From Archangium sp. (lineage in GTDB: Bacteria; Myxococcota; Myxococcia; Myxococcales; Myxococcaceae): a stretch of DNA of 44,143 nucleotides. This document shows positions 6,922 to 15,564 of the stretch, one piece after another; position 1 is the stretch's first letter; the number at the start of each line of letters is the position of its first letter. Below the pieces are notes generated by a model, which had not been told where the DNA came from, did no database searches, and was given only the letters and a program-made list of their open reading frames with translations. The stretch lies in NCBI GenBank assembly GCA_031367385.1, contig JANLPS010000388.1, positions 1 through 44,143 of the forward strand. The letters are read 5' to 3'. Position numbers and translations under genes: made by a program.

Positions 6922-8147
6922 GCCTTCGAACTGTGTCTGTCGGTGTCATTCTCGCAGTCTGGGCCGCTGCGTGCGGCGTCGAAACGAACGACCCTGGTGA
7001 AGTGGCCGACCAGACCACCGCCGACGCCCAGCTGTCAGTCAGCTTGAGCCTGAACCCGAGCGCGGCCACCGTGACCGAGGGCGGTTCATCGTCATCGACC
7101 GTCACGATGAAAGGCACCGGCACCTGGGCTTTGGCGATCTCATCGCTCCCGGCGGGAGTCACCGCCAGGTTCTCGGCTGCGACGGTCAGCAGCTCGGCGC
7201 CCAGCACGCTCACGTTTTCTACGGCCTCGAGCGCGGCGGCGGGAAAGGCCCCCTTCACCATCACCGCGACCTCGGGCACGAAGAGTCGCAGCGCCAGCGG
7301 GTCAATCACCATCACGGCCGCCACAGCCGACGCCGGCACCGGAGGAGGCGGTGGAGGCAACACGAGCGTCAAGCGCGTGCTCTTCGATGGGGCGCACAAG
7401 CAGGTCGCCGGCAACGCCGATTGGATTCTCGACACCCACTTCCCCTCGCCGCAGCCTGCCACCCCGACCTCCGAGACCAGTTGGAACGGCGGCATCTCTG
7501 CGTGGGGCTTCGACCTGGTGAAGACCGGGCGCTACAGCGTCACCCAGCTCTCACCCGGAGCGAGTCTGAGCTTCGGTGGCGGTGGCGAGGGTGACCTGCA
7601 ACGGTTCGAGGTCTTCATCTCTGACGAGCCCGAGCTGAATTTCAGCAGCACCGAGCAGACGGCGCTGATGCAATTCGCGCACTCAGGTGGCGGCATCTTT
7701 TTGGCGAGCGATCACGCTGGAGCGACCCGATGCTCGACCTGCACGCAGGCCTGGCAAGTGATCAACTCCTTTCTCGTCACGGGCGCGGCTGCCAACGCGT
7801 TCGGCGTCAAGTGCGACGGCAACGACATCGGCACGGTCACCGGCACCGCCACTGATGCCCGATTCACCACCGGCCCTTTTGGCCAAGGCACGCAGCTCGC
7901 GTACCACGCCGGGTCATCGGTCTCGGCCACGGCCAATAATGCGTTCACGATCGTCTCGGCGGGTGCGCACGGGCTGATGGTGGGCTCCGAAATCGCAGGG
8001 GGAGGCCGCATCATCTTGCTCGGCGATTCGAGCCCACTCGAAGACGGCACCTGCCAATGCAGCGCCAAGATTCACAATGGGTGGGGTGAGGTCAATGACT
8101 CCACCCTCGTGCTCAACGCGACCGCCTGGCTGGCACACGACCAGTGA
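6918..8147 (+). CDS. Lipoprotein: Ig-like domain plus putative class I glutamine amidotransferase-like (DUF4350-like) domain
   Basis: ATGA overlap with the upstream gene; lipobox AAAC; VLFDGAHKQVAGNADW, GGGIFLASDH, GRIILLGDSS. Confidence 0.7.
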   Translation: MSLRTVSVGVILAVWAAACGVETNDPGEVADQTTADAQLSVSLSLNPSAATVTEGGSSSSTVTMKGTGTWALAISSLPAGVTARFSAATVSSSAPSTLTFSTASSAAAGKAPFTITATSGTKSRSASGSITITAATADAGTGGGGGGNTSVKRVLFDGAHKQVAGNADWILDTHFPSPQPATPTSETSWNGGISAWGFDLVKTGRYSVTQLSPGASLSFGGGGEGDLQRFEVFISDEPELNFSSTEQTALMQFAHSGGGIFLASDHAGATRCSTCTQAWQVINSFLVTGAAANAFGVKCDGNDIGTVTGTATDARFTTGPFGQGTQLAYHAGSSVSATANNAFTIVSAGAHGLMVGSEIAGGGRIILLGDSSPLEDGTCQCSAKIHNGWGEVNDSTLVLNATAWLAHDQ

Positions 8148-8170
8148 CCTCCAGGCGGGCGGAGGCCGGG

Positions 8171-8875
8171 TCAGCGAAAGTCGTAGCCGAACATCAGCAT
8201 CGGGTTGACCCCGAGCGATTGCCCGAGCCCGATGCTCTGCGACGCTCCGCCCGAGCCCCCTGACTGATTCACATACGCGGTGTTCGGCGCGTACATCAGG
8301 TTCAAGTCGACCGACATGGTGAACTGCCCGCGGCGCTCGTTGCTCGCGTTGCGCCGGCTGCCCGTACCGAAGCCGATCTTCGCGTTGAGCCCCGGCATGA
8401 AGCCCGACGCGGCGAAGGCACTCTGGCTGGCCCCCGAGCTCGAGCCACTGGCCATCGCGCCCTGGGTGACGCCGGCCCACCCGCCCCACCCCAGCTGCGG
8501 GCCACCCGCGACGAAGAAGTGATCACCCAGCGACAGCTCAGCGTTGACCCCGAAGAACCAGAACCCCGAGGCCGAGACAGAAATCGAGCCGCCGCTCGAG
8601 CTGGCCGTGCCTCCGAACCCGATGCCGGCCTGACGCCCGAGTCGCGCATAGGCATTGAACAGAGGGCTGACGGTCACGCCGATTCGGCCTTCAATCGCCC
8701 ACGCGAGCTGCGGCCCGGGAATGAAGGCGCCCAGACCCGTCGAGGCGCCCCAGCGAATGCCGAGCGCCGTCGCTGAAGGGGGCGCCGGGTCGGGGCTGAC
8801 AGCGGGAGCGGCGGTTTGAGCAAACGACGTCAAGGCAACCAGGCTGAACAAGAGCACTGCAGGGGCATGTCGCAT
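8171..8875 (-). CDS. Secreted protein, probable outer-membrane beta-barrel
   Basis: Sec signal (SFA/Q), alternating Gly/aromatic strands, C-terminal MFGYDFR. Confidence 0.7.
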   Translation of the reverse strand: MRHAPAVLLFSLVALTSFAQTAAPAVSPDPAPPSATALGIRWGASTGLGAFIPGPQLAWAIEGRIGVTVSPLFNAYARLGRQAGIGFGGTASSSGGSISVSASGFWFFGVNAELSLGDHFFVAGGPQLGWGGWAGVTQGAMASGSSSGASQSAFAASGFMPGLNAKIGFGTGSRRNASNERRGQFTMSVDLNLMYAPNTAYVNQSGGSGGASQSIGLGQSLGVNPMLMFGYDFR

Positions 8876-9050
8876 GGGGGCAAATCTCCAGTGAGGGGTG
8901 AGCGCGCACTGACGGGGCGGGCCAAAACATATTCACCAGCGATGCCCGTGACGAACTTTCATCTGGCACGAACGCCTCTGTGCGCATGTCGGGCAGCTGC
9001 ACACGTCACCAAGACTCCGCGTATTTGCTTTGAGAATTCAGACCGCTCGG

Positions 9051-9066
9051 TGGCCGCTGAATTGCT
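9051..9066 (+). promoter_or_regulatory. Sigma54 promoter candidate TGGCCGCTGAATTGCT
   Basis: TGGC-N7-TTGCT with canonical spacing, 37 bp before the ATG at 9103. Confidence 0.5.
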
Positions 9067-9102
9067 TCCTGCTGCCGCTCCCCCCCACGACCGAGACTCC
9101 TC

Positions 9103-10488
9103 ATGACGCGGTACGCGACACCCATCGCCTTTCTGCTGACCCTCATTGCCTGCGGTTCTCGAGAATGTGCGCTGACCGACCCTGCGTCATGCGCTGCTCC
9201 GCTGGTGTGCGAGGCGGTACAAGGCAAGACCACCGGCGCCTGCTACCCGCCGGTCACGCTCAAGGGCAAGGTCTTCGACCTCTCGACCGCGAGTGCCATC
9301 TCGGGGGCCGAGGTCATCGCCACCGACGAGGGCGGCGCTCCTGCAGCCGCGCTCACTAAGACCGGCACCGACGGTACCTTTAGCCTGCGCGTGCCCTCGA
9401 CCCGCAGCGATGACAAGGGCACCTTCGTCGCCAGGCGCGTGCTGCTGCGCTCGCAAGCCAAGAACTACGTGCCATTTCCTTCGGGGGTTCGGGTGGCGTT
9501 GCCAATCGACACCAGCGCCGCGACCCACGCCAAAGACACCGACCCGTATCTACTCGAGTCGACCGCGACCTCGATTGGGCTCGCCCCAGTCGCGGCGGCC
9601 GCGCAGAACCTGCCTTCGGTGAGCGGCACGGTAGAGGTGGCTGCGGGTGGTGACTCCGTCTTGTTGGCGCTCGAGAACGCAACCCTGGGGCGAACGACCC
9701 TCTCGTCGACTGACGGCAGCTTCGTTTTCTTCAATGTGCCTGCGGGTGACTACGTCATCTCGGCTTTTCGCAAGAACCAGAATTATACGCCTGTGACCGT
9801 GAGCGTCGCGAGCGCAGACCTGAGCGGCGTGTCGCTGAAGAAGGCAACGACTGCGACCGCCACGCTGAGCGGCTCGGTGCAGCTCGTCGCGGGTGCCAAC
9901 GGCGCGGGCACCAGCGTCGTTTTGGGCCTCGCCAGCACCTACCTCGAGGCCCTGGGTCGCGCAGACACCGTCCCCGGCCTCAGAGCCCCCGAGGCCGGCA
10001 CGGCGCCGACGGTCACCGGGAGCTGGAGCATCACCGGCATCCCCGACGGCAAGTACGTCGTGCTGGCGGCCTTCGAGAACGACGGCAACATTCGCGACCC
10101 TGACCCCGGCATCTCGGGCACCCAGCTTCAACGCATCACGGTGGCGGGCGGCGCAATCACTCAGGGCTCGACGTCACCCTCATTCAAGGTGACTGGAGCG
10201 GTCGACCTGGTGAGCCCCGGCAAAGAGGGGGTCGAAGAAGTCAGCGCGACCCCTACCTTCACCTGGGGCTCGTACTCGAATGCCGACGGCTATCAACTCA
10301 AGGTCTTCGACACGCTGGGCGAGCAGCTCTGGTCGAAAGACATCGCTGACAAAGGCACGGTCTCGACTGTCTACGCCGGGCCGGCGCTCAAGGCCGGGTA
10401 CACTTACCAGTGGCGCCTGACCGCCTTTCGCCGCCTCGCACCGACCAGCGCGACCGAAGAGCTTCGCGGCCTCTTCGTCGTCAAGTAG
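9103..10488 (+). CDS. Lipoprotein with carboxypeptidase-regulatory-like beta-sandwich domains
   Basis: Lipobox LIAC, Cys-rich N-terminus, repeated 'GxV...TxxDGxF' modules, FN3-like C-terminus. Confidence 0.75.
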   Translation: MTRYATPIAFLLTLIACGSRECALTDPASCAAPLVCEAVQGKTTGACYPPVTLKGKVFDLSTASAISGAEVIATDEGGAPAAALTKTGTDGTFSLRVPSTRSDDKGTFVARRVLLRSQAKNYVPFPSGVRVALPIDTSAATHAKDTDPYLLESTATSIGLAPVAAAAQNLPSVSGTVEVAAGGDSVLLALENATLGRTTLSSTDGSFVFFNVPAGDYVISAFRKNQNYTPVTVSVASADLSGVSLKKATTATATLSGSVQLVAGANGAGTSVVLGLASTYLEALGRADTVPGLRAPEAGTAPTVTGSWSITGIPDGKYVVLAAFENDGNIRDPDPGISGTQLQRITVAGGAITQGSTSPSFKVTGAVDLVSPGKEGVEEVSATPTFTWGSYSNADGYQLKVFDTLGEQLWSKDIADKGTVSTVYAGPALKAGYTYQWRLTAFRRLAPTSATEELRGLFVVK

Positions 10489-10568
10489 CCCGTGGGCGTG
10501 CGAGCGCCACTTGCCTATGAACTCGCGAGTCGCCGAGGGTGTGGTTGTCTTGGCTCGAAACCGCACCC

Positions 10569-11996
10569 ATGCTCTTCCCCACGGTCGACTACGGCCTGTT
10601 TTTTCTGCTCGTCTTCGCGGCCTCGTGGGGTCTGCGACACTGGCTGCGCGCGCACCACGGGTTTCTGCTCGCGGCGAGCTATTCGTTCTACGCGTTTTGT
10701 GACTGGCGCTCGCTGCCGTTGCTGGTCGGGCTGTCGGTCTTCGCCGCGCTGGTGGCCCGATCACTTCAGCGACTGACGCGCCCAAAGCTGCGAAGAGGGC
10801 TGGTCTGGGTGGGCGTGTCAGTCGCTCTCGGCACGCTCGCCGGCTTGAAGTACCTCGGCTTGCTGGTCGCCTTCGCCTTGGGCGCGCTCCAGGCGTTCGG
10901 GGTGACGCCCCCCCCCGTTCGACTGCCCGAAATCGGGCTGCCGGTGGGCATCTCGTTTTTCGTCTTTCATGCCATCTCGCTGATGGTCGATGCGTACCGT
11001 CGGCGAATTGCAGTGCCGGTGAGGCTGCTCGACGCGTTGCTGTACATGGCCTTCTTCCCCCAGCTGGTGGCCGGCCCGATTCTCAGGGCGAGCACGTTTC
11101 TCTCTCAGCTGAGCATCGCCCCAGACCCCCGCCGCATCGAGGCCTCTCGCGCGATGGGGCTGATCGTCTGGGGGCTGGTGAAAAAAGTGCTCATCGCCAG
11201 CTTTCTGGCAACCCACGTCGTCGACCCGGTCTTCGAGTCGCCAACGCTGCACGGAGGCCTGGGAGCGCTGCTCGCGATCTACGGCTACGCCGGGCAAATT
11301 TTCTGCGACTTCTCGGGCTACACCGACATCGCCGTCGGCTCGGCGCTGCTGTTGGGGTACCGGTTTCCCGAGAACTTTTGGGCGCCCGGGCTGGCTGACA
11401 GCCCGCAAGACTTCTGGCGACGGTGGCACCTCTCGCTGTCGACGTGGCTGCGTGACTACCTCTTCATTTCACTGGGCGGTTCGCGGCGAGGCAGCGCTCG
11501 AACGCTGCTCAACCTCGCGGTGACGATGGTGCTCGGCGGCCTGTGGCACGGCGCTGCGTTGACCTTCGTGCTCTGGGGCGCGCTGCACGGCGCGGGGTTG
11601 ATCGCGCACCGGCTGTGGGCGGCTTCGTCGCTGGGCCCGATTCAACGCCTCAGGGCGTGGAGGCCCTGGCGAATCATCTCGGTGGTCGCGACTTTTCACT
11701 TCGTCTGTCTCGGCTGGGTCTTGTTTCGCTCGACCTCAGCCTCGGCGGCGCTCGAGCTTCTTGAGGCGCTGGCACAGCCCTGGGTGACCGGGCCGTGGCT
11801 CAGCCCCGCCGTGCTCATCGCGGTCAGCGCCGGAGTGCTCAGCCAGCTCGTGCCACCGGGGCGCCTGGGCCGGGTGCAGGCCTTCTTCGAGCGAATTCCG
11901 CTCCCCGCGCAGGGCGTGCTGGTGGCGCTGGCCATTCTCGGGCTCGAGGCGCTGGCCCCCAGGGGCATCGCACCCTTCATCTACTTTCGATTCTAA
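10569..11996 (+). CDS. MBOAT family O-acyltransferase (AlgI/PatA-like)
   Basis: MLFPT start; LPVGISFFVF, FFPQLVAGPI, DFSGYTDIA, FWRRWHLSLSTWLRDYL, GLWHGA, C-terminal FIYFRF. Confidence 0.92.
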   Translation: MLFPTVDYGLFFLLVFAASWGLRHWLRAHHGFLLAASYSFYAFCDWRSLPLLVGLSVFAALVARSLQRLTRPKLRRGLVWVGVSVALGTLAGLKYLGLLVAFALGALQAFGVTPPPVRLPEIGLPVGISFFVFHAISLMVDAYRRRIAVPVRLLDALLYMAFFPQLVAGPILRASTFLSQLSIAPDPRRIEASRAMGLIVWGLVKKVLIASFLATHVVDPVFESPTLHGGLGALLAIYGYAGQIFCDFSGYTDIAVGSALLLGYRFPENFWAPGLADSPQDFWRRWHLSLSTWLRDYLFISLGGSRRGSARTLLNLAVTMVLGGLWHGAALTFVLWGALHGAGLIAHRLWAASSLGPIQRLRAWRPWRIISVVATFHFVCLGWVLFRSTSASAALELLEALAQPWVTGPWLSPAVLIAVSAGVLSQLVPPGRLGRVQAFFERIPLPAQGVLVALAILGLEALAPRGIAPFIYFRF

Positions 11997-12017
11997 GCAA
12001 AGGCGACCACACCGCAC

Positions 12018-13175
12018 GTGACGCTCAGACCGACCGAGAAGCCCGACGAGGCGCCGCAGAGTGCGGGCGATATCGCGAGCGCGCTGCATGACTACACCGT
12101 CACGTTGGGCGGCCAGCAGACCCGTGCCGAGGCTCGGCCGTATCGCGTCACCGAAGTCGCCTGGGTGCTCGGCGTCTTCGCCCTGGTGATGGGGCTGCTC
12201 GACGCCGATGGGCTCGTCTCTTGGGCCAGGAGAATGGACGCCGGGCGCGCTCAAGCGGGCTGGCTTCGCGTGTTGACGCCACTCCAAACGTTCGACGGTG
12301 CGCTCGGGCTGACGGCGCCTCGGCGAGCGCTCCAGCTTTCGGCAGATCGCCTCGCCCGACGGCTCGGCGAATCGGAGGACCCGCTCTTCGTCGAAGCCTG
12401 GCGCGCTCCATCAGCGCCCTCGATGCCGGCGCCGATGCTCACCGAGCCAGCGGCGGCCCCCGCGGCCCCCGCGGCCCCCGTGATCGCGCAAGCGGCCGAC
12501 GCGCCGGCCCGACCGACAGGCGCCACGGTGCTGCTGGTGGGCGACTCGCTGTTGGCGGGCAGCCTGAGCAGCGCCATCGGTCGAACCCTCGCGACCGACT
12601 CGCGCTTTCGCGTCGTGCAAGCCCTTCAGAGCGCGACAGGGCTGAGCCGAGCCGACGTCTTCGACTGGATGACCGTGGCGCCCGCGCTGGTCGAGCGCGA
12701 ACAACCCCGCTTCGTCGTCTGTTCATTCGGGGCAAATGACGCGGTCGCGATCGAGCAAAACGGCGCCCTGCTCGACTTTGGAGAAAGCGAATGGAGAGCG
12801 GCGTATCGCACGCGCGTGCGTCAGATGATGCTCACGCTCGCAAGCAAGGGGACTGCGGTGCTGTGGCTCGGGTTGCCGCCGATGCGCGACAAGCGCCTCA
12901 ATGAGCGAGCGGCGGCGCTGAACCGATTGTTCGCCGCGACCGCCAGGGGGGTGCCGGGGGTCGAGTACCTCGAGCTCAACATGCTCGTCTCAGGCGCTGA
13001 TGGAGACTTCGCGACCTTCGGCACCGACGCCTCGGGCCGCTTCATTCGCATGCGGCTCGACGATGGCGTGCACTACTCACCCGCAGGGGCTCGGCTCGTG
13101 TCGAGGTGGATTGTCGACTGGTTGCGCGAGCGGTACCGGGTGCTCGGCGCCGGGCCGCATGCCCCACGGCCTTGA
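12018..13175 (+). CDS. SGNH/GDSL-family protein (DUF459-like), membrane-anchored
   Basis: VGDSL, TGLSRADVFDW, FGANDA, DGVHY; one N-terminal TM; follows the MBOAT gene. Confidence 0.85.
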   Translation: MTLRPTEKPDEAPQSAGDIASALHDYTVTLGGQQTRAEARPYRVTEVAWVLGVFALVMGLLDADGLVSWARRMDAGRAQAGWLRVLTPLQTFDGALGLTAPRRALQLSADRLARRLGESEDPLFVEAWRAPSAPSMPAPMLTEPAAAPAAPAAPVIAQAADAPARPTGATVLLVGDSLLAGSLSSAIGRTLATDSRFRVVQALQSATGLSRADVFDWMTVAPALVEREQPRFVVCSFGANDAVAIEQNGALLDFGESEWRAAYRTRVRQMMLTLASKGTAVLWLGLPPMRDKRLNERAAALNRLFAATARGVPGVEYLELNMLVSGADGDFATFGTDASGRFIRMRLDDGVHYSPAGARLVSRWIVDWLRERYRVLGAGPHAPRP

Positions 13176-13188
13176 GGCGAGTGCCAAG

Positions 13189-15495
13189 TCACTTTGCGAC
13201 CGGAGCCGCGTCGCGCAACCGCAGCTCTGGCTTGGCGCAGTCGTCGAACCACACCGGGTCGGTGGTCGCGGTGATGGAGAGGCCCTTGGCCCGAGGCGAC
13301 GCCGTGACGACCGTGCAGGGGGCCGTCTGGCCCGTGGCCTTGTCAGCGACCTCGCACGCCCACCCCTCCGGGGCCGTCGGCAGATCGACCGTCGCCTGAA
13401 TGAAGCCCTGCGTGTAGACGATGCTGGCGAGCACCTCGTCTGTCTTCGCGGCTTCGCCATCGGCGATGCTGGGCACGAACAGCCCAGCCTTGTGCGCGAC
13501 CAGCTCAACCCGGCCCGCGGTCGTCGCGAGCGAGCCGATGACTGAGCCCCGCTTCACCTCAGCGAGCTTCTTGACTGACCACTTTGGTGTGCCGTCGGCG
13601 GCCGCCACGATGCTCTCCATGGTGACTCTGCCGCGCTTGAGAATTCGCGCGATGACCCAGTCGGGTGCTTGCTCAGCACCGGGCGCGCCAGCGGGTCGCC
13701 CGAGCGCTTCTCCCGCATCGCTCAAGAGCGGCTGACCGGCGTCGACGCTCGACTGCGGCGGAGGAGATGGTGGCGCCGCAGGCCCGGCGTCGACGCTCGA
13801 CTCCGGCGGAGGCGATGGTGGCGCGGCAAGCCCGGCGTCGACGACGAGAGACGTCAGCGCCGCGCCGGCGTCATGCTGTGTGTCGGCGACCGCAAGCGGT
13901 TGAGACGGAGGCTCGTGAGGGGCGACGGCGACGACGGCCGGGGGCTCGGCTGACGTGACTGGTTCGGCCTTGATGGGGGCGACGGGCCGTGCTGCCACTC
14001 CGGGGCCCGGGGCTTGGGCTTCGGCTCCGAGGCGAGTGGCACCGAACCAGCCCAAGGCGGCCGCCACTGCGACCGACGCTATGTACACGGGCAACGAGAC
14101 CGCACGGCGCGGGGCCCCTTCGGAGCGCAACGAGGCGGGCACGACCGGCGTGCCTTCTGCCCGCGGCCCCTCGAGCCTTTGAGCGGCTTCGGTTTTGGCA
14201 CCCGCGGTGAACGAGGACACATCGACTTCGAAGAGCGACGCAGAGCTCGCCATGGGCGGAGCGGAGCTCGGTGCGCTCGCCGACCCTGGCGCTGAAATTG
14301 ACGCGGGAGGCGGCACTGGCGCTGAAGCTCGGGCTGGCGTCGGGGGCGGCACAGACGCTGGCAGTGAGCCCGGCCCTGGCGCTGAAGCTCGGGCCGGCGC
14401 CGGGAGTGGCACAGACGCTTGGAGTGAGCCCGGCCCTGGCGCTGACGCTCGGGCTGGCGTCGGGAGTGGAACAGACGCTTGGAGTGAACCCGGCTCTGGC
14501 GCTGAAGCTCGGGCCGGCGTCGGGAGTGGCACAGACGCTTGGAGTGGAGCCGGCCCCGGCGCTCGCACAGCCCCTGGGAGTGGCACTGGCCCCGGAACTG
14601 GCACCGGATCAGGGGCTCGTACTGCCCCTGGGAGTGGCACTGTCCCTAGAACGGACGCTGGAACCGGCCCTGGCGCCGAAGCTGGCGCTGGCTTGCCGTC
14701 CGCGGGCTGGGTTTCGGCCAGGCTCCGACGAACGGCGACCAGTGCGTCTTTGGCCTCGGGGTTCTTGGGGTCGCGAATCAAGACCAGCTCGAACGCAGAG
14801 ATCGCCTCGGCGTAGCGGCCTTCGCGACGCAGCCGCAAGCCCGCCTGAAAATTCTCGCGAACCGTCGAGTCCCATCTCTCGCGGGTCGGAAAACTGGAGC
14901 GGGGCCCGGTCTCGACCGACCCCGGAGGGGCCATGAACCCGATCGCCGTCAGCTGCTTGATGAACTGCAGCAGGCTCTCAGGGTTGACGGGGATGCCCAA
15001 ACGCTCGGCGGCAGTGAACACCTCGGCGTAGGTGCGTTTGCCGTCAAGCAGGCGGGCGAGCGACAGCTCGAAGTCGTGCACCGACAACGTCTGCATGGTG
15101 GCCGGGTCAATGATGTCGCACAGGTTCGTCTCGGGGTGCGTCACGACCTGGAGACCCCCTCGAAAACGCGGCAGGGGCCCGGCCGGTGGGGGGGCGGCTG
15201 CGTGCTTCGCATCGGACAGCGCCTTGTCGACATCGAGCGTCAGCTCGTCGAAGGTCGGCACCGTGCGTGGGGCCTGCGGCGGAGCCTTCACCAGCAACCC
15301 CAGGTTGGTGAGCTTCTTGACGATGGCCTTCACGCGCTCGTCACTGGCGTCGATGCCGCCGGTAATCGACCGGGCGAGCACGTGAAGCTCGAGCGCGTTC
15401 AGCTCGAGGGCATCTCCGGTGCGTATGTGAACGACGCTCCCGCCCTTCGGCGTCGTCGTGACGCGATACCCTTCTTTCAAAACGAACAGAGCCAT
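13189..15495 (-). CDS. Multidomain membrane protein: two PqqD-like wHTH domains, TPR, Pro/Ala repeats, TM, biotinyl/lipoyl-like C-terminus
   Basis: DPATMQTLSVHDFELSLARLLDGKRT..FIKQLTAIGF; TPR (GRYAEAISAFELVLIRDPKNPEA); tandem repeats; TM VYIASVAVAAALGWFG. Confidence 0.7.
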   Translation of the reverse strand: MALFVLKEGYRVTTTPKGGSVVHIRTGDALELNALELHVLARSITGGIDASDERVKAIVKKLTNLGLLVKAPPQAPRTVPTFDELTLDVDKALSDAKHAAAPPPAGPLPRFRGGLQVVTHPETNLCDIIDPATMQTLSVHDFELSLARLLDGKRTYAEVFTAAERLGIPVNPESLLQFIKQLTAIGFMAPPGSVETGPRSSFPTRERWDSTVRENFQAGLRLRREGRYAEAISAFELVLIRDPKNPEAKDALVAVRRSLAETQPADGKPAPASAPGPVPASVLGTVPLPGAVRAPDPVPVPGPVPLPGAVRAPGPAPLQASVPLPTPARASAPEPGSLQASVPLPTPARASAPGPGSLQASVPLPAPARASAPGPGSLPASVPPPTPARASAPVPPPASISAPGSASAPSSAPPMASSASLFEVDVSSFTAGAKTEAAQRLEGPRAEGTPVVPASLRSEGAPRRAVSLPVYIASVAVAAALGWFGATRLGAEAQAPGPGVAARPVAPIKAEPVTSAEPPAVVAVAPHEPPSQPLAVADTQHDAGAALTSLVVDAGLAAPPSPPPESSVDAGPAAPPSPPPQSSVDAGQPLLSDAGEALGRPAGAPGAEQAPDWVIARILKRGRVTMESIVAAADGTPKWSVKKLAEVKRGSVIGSLATTAGRVELVAHKAGLFVPSIADGEAAKTDEVLASIVYTQGFIQATVDLPTAPEGWACEVADKATGQTAPCTVVTASPRAKGLSITATTDPVWFDDCAKPELRLRDAAPVAK
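13736..13842. repeat. 48-bp tandem repeat, ~2.2 copies (VDAGxAAPPSPPPxSS)
   Basis: ccggcgtcgac at 13736, 13784 and 13832. Confidence 0.85.
14316..14642. repeat. Intragenic 60-bp tandem repeat (~4 copies), then a 54-bp repeat (~1.5 copies)
   Basis: Unit ctggcgctgaagctcgggc..cgggagtggcacagacgcttggagtgagcccggcc repeats every 60 bp over ~14316-14563; gctcg..cccctgggagtggcactg at 14561 and 14615. Confidence 0.9.
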
Positions 15496-15564
15496 TGGCC
15501 ACGCATCATATCTGGGTGTTCGCCGGATAGATTGTTTCGGGCCAGGCGCCTGGCCGGCCCTGCC

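Noticed and set aside
8964..8979. TGGCACG as a sigma54 -24 box (similar cases near 5416 and 23651)
   Set aside because: No GC at the required -12 spacing.
14316..14563. 60-bp repeats as a CRISPR array
   Set aside because: No unique spacers, the unit is a multiple of 3 inside a CDS, and no cas genes are present.
15540..15555. Perfect palindrome GGCCAGGCGCCTGGCC
   Set aside because: GC-rich, single copy and without a clear U-tract; too weak to call a terminator or operator.
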